Source: Ancylonema sp.
Taxonomy: Eukaryota
Assembly: GCA_050230475.1 (NCBI GenBank)
Contig: JBFLGF010000074.1
Coordinates: 62,001-112,403, forward strand
Direction: 5' to 3'
DNA length: 50,403 nucleotides
Translations under genes and position numbers: made by a program
Part shown: piece by piece, positions 49,552 to 50,403 of the stretch
How positions within the stretch are numbered: position 1 is the first letter of the stretch
How the letters are laid out: each line of letters starts with the position of its first letter
The notes under the pieces: model-generated
What the model was told of the DNA's origin: nothing
What the model saw: the letters and a program-made list of their open reading frames with translations, nothing else
Databases searched by the model: none

Positions 49552-50403
49552 TGTCATCATGTGATGTCGATATGGAATGATAAATAGAAAGTCGTGTCTT
49601 TGAATACCAGGGCACACAATGCAAAGATAGTAGGGGCTCGACCTGAAGTGCCGCTGTGGCTGATTATGAGGTAGAGAGCGTACATATTCACGCAGACTTG
49701 ATTCTAGATTGTGAGGCAAGAGCTACGTACACAAGGTGCGTGGTCTTCACGAGGTTTGATAGGGCAGTGATGAGCCCATTATAATCGTGGTTGTTTCGTT
49801 TGTAAGTGATGAGGGTTATGCTCTCAGATATTGCCTTCTCGATCCTTATGTTGGTTGAGGAAAAAAGATATTAAGTGATACTCGTAGGATACGAGGGACA
49901 ATCATATTTTACGTGTGTAGATTGCCATTTCAGTATTGTTCCATTCATCTGTAGTTCACTCAACTTACTCTTTTCATTACTCTTTTGCGCGAGCATTACT
50001 TGCGTTCTCGTCAATGAGGAGCCTAGCCCTTCCTTCTTCGTATACAAGTGCGAGAAACACCTAACACAAGAAAGAACGTTCACCTTAAAAAAAATATCAA
50101 TGCCAAAATGACAAAGATAAGGATGAAGATAAATTATTGTTAATGAATGATGTTTGACATACGACATGCCTCGTGTATACCCGTGAAATGCACGTGTCAT
50201 TGTCTCAAATAAAAGGGGCAGTTGCACATTTGATAATGAGCTATTTTATATCGGTATATATTTATTCATCACAAAGATATCGACCGAACATATGTGTATT
50301 TAGCATGCATCGGACACACATGAAAACTAAAATTATTTTTTTCTCCATCACAGGACAGAAAACAATCCCCTCACAATCCACTCAAAAGTAGAAGTAAACT
50401 CAA

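Overview
Eukaryotic, intron-rich DNA, most consistent with a streptophyte green alga (inferred from plant-type MOC1, ADC, FolD and NSUN5 and short GT-AG introns; not verified). From left to right: two damaged tandem copies of a MOC1-like organellar Holliday-junction resolvase gene, tRNA-Thr(CGT), two partial CLPTM1 copies, and a ~12.5-kb transposon island. The island holds a hAT remnant and two related non-autonomous LTR retroelements with 5-bp TSDs, one carrying a nested inverted partial copy. Next come two tandem copies of a RING/TRAF-type zinc-finger gene, a compact block of apparently intact genes (FolD, NSUN5, a PDI-family protein, arginine decarboxylase) and a 3x AT-hook ORF. The strongest novel signal is in the LTR elements. 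They lack a tRNA primer-binding site; instead the PBS (TTGTTAGGAG) is exactly complementary to a 10-mer lying 33 nt after the TATA box in both diverged LTR subfamilies. Together with co-varying hairpins, this suggests Tf1-like self-priming. Their gag-pol region is largely replaced by a strand-asymmetric G/C-run minisatellite. Single-N joins at 8517, 25830 and 48963 mean some tandem gene duplications may be uncollapsed haplotypes. Exon boundaries were inferred by eye and no database searches were run.
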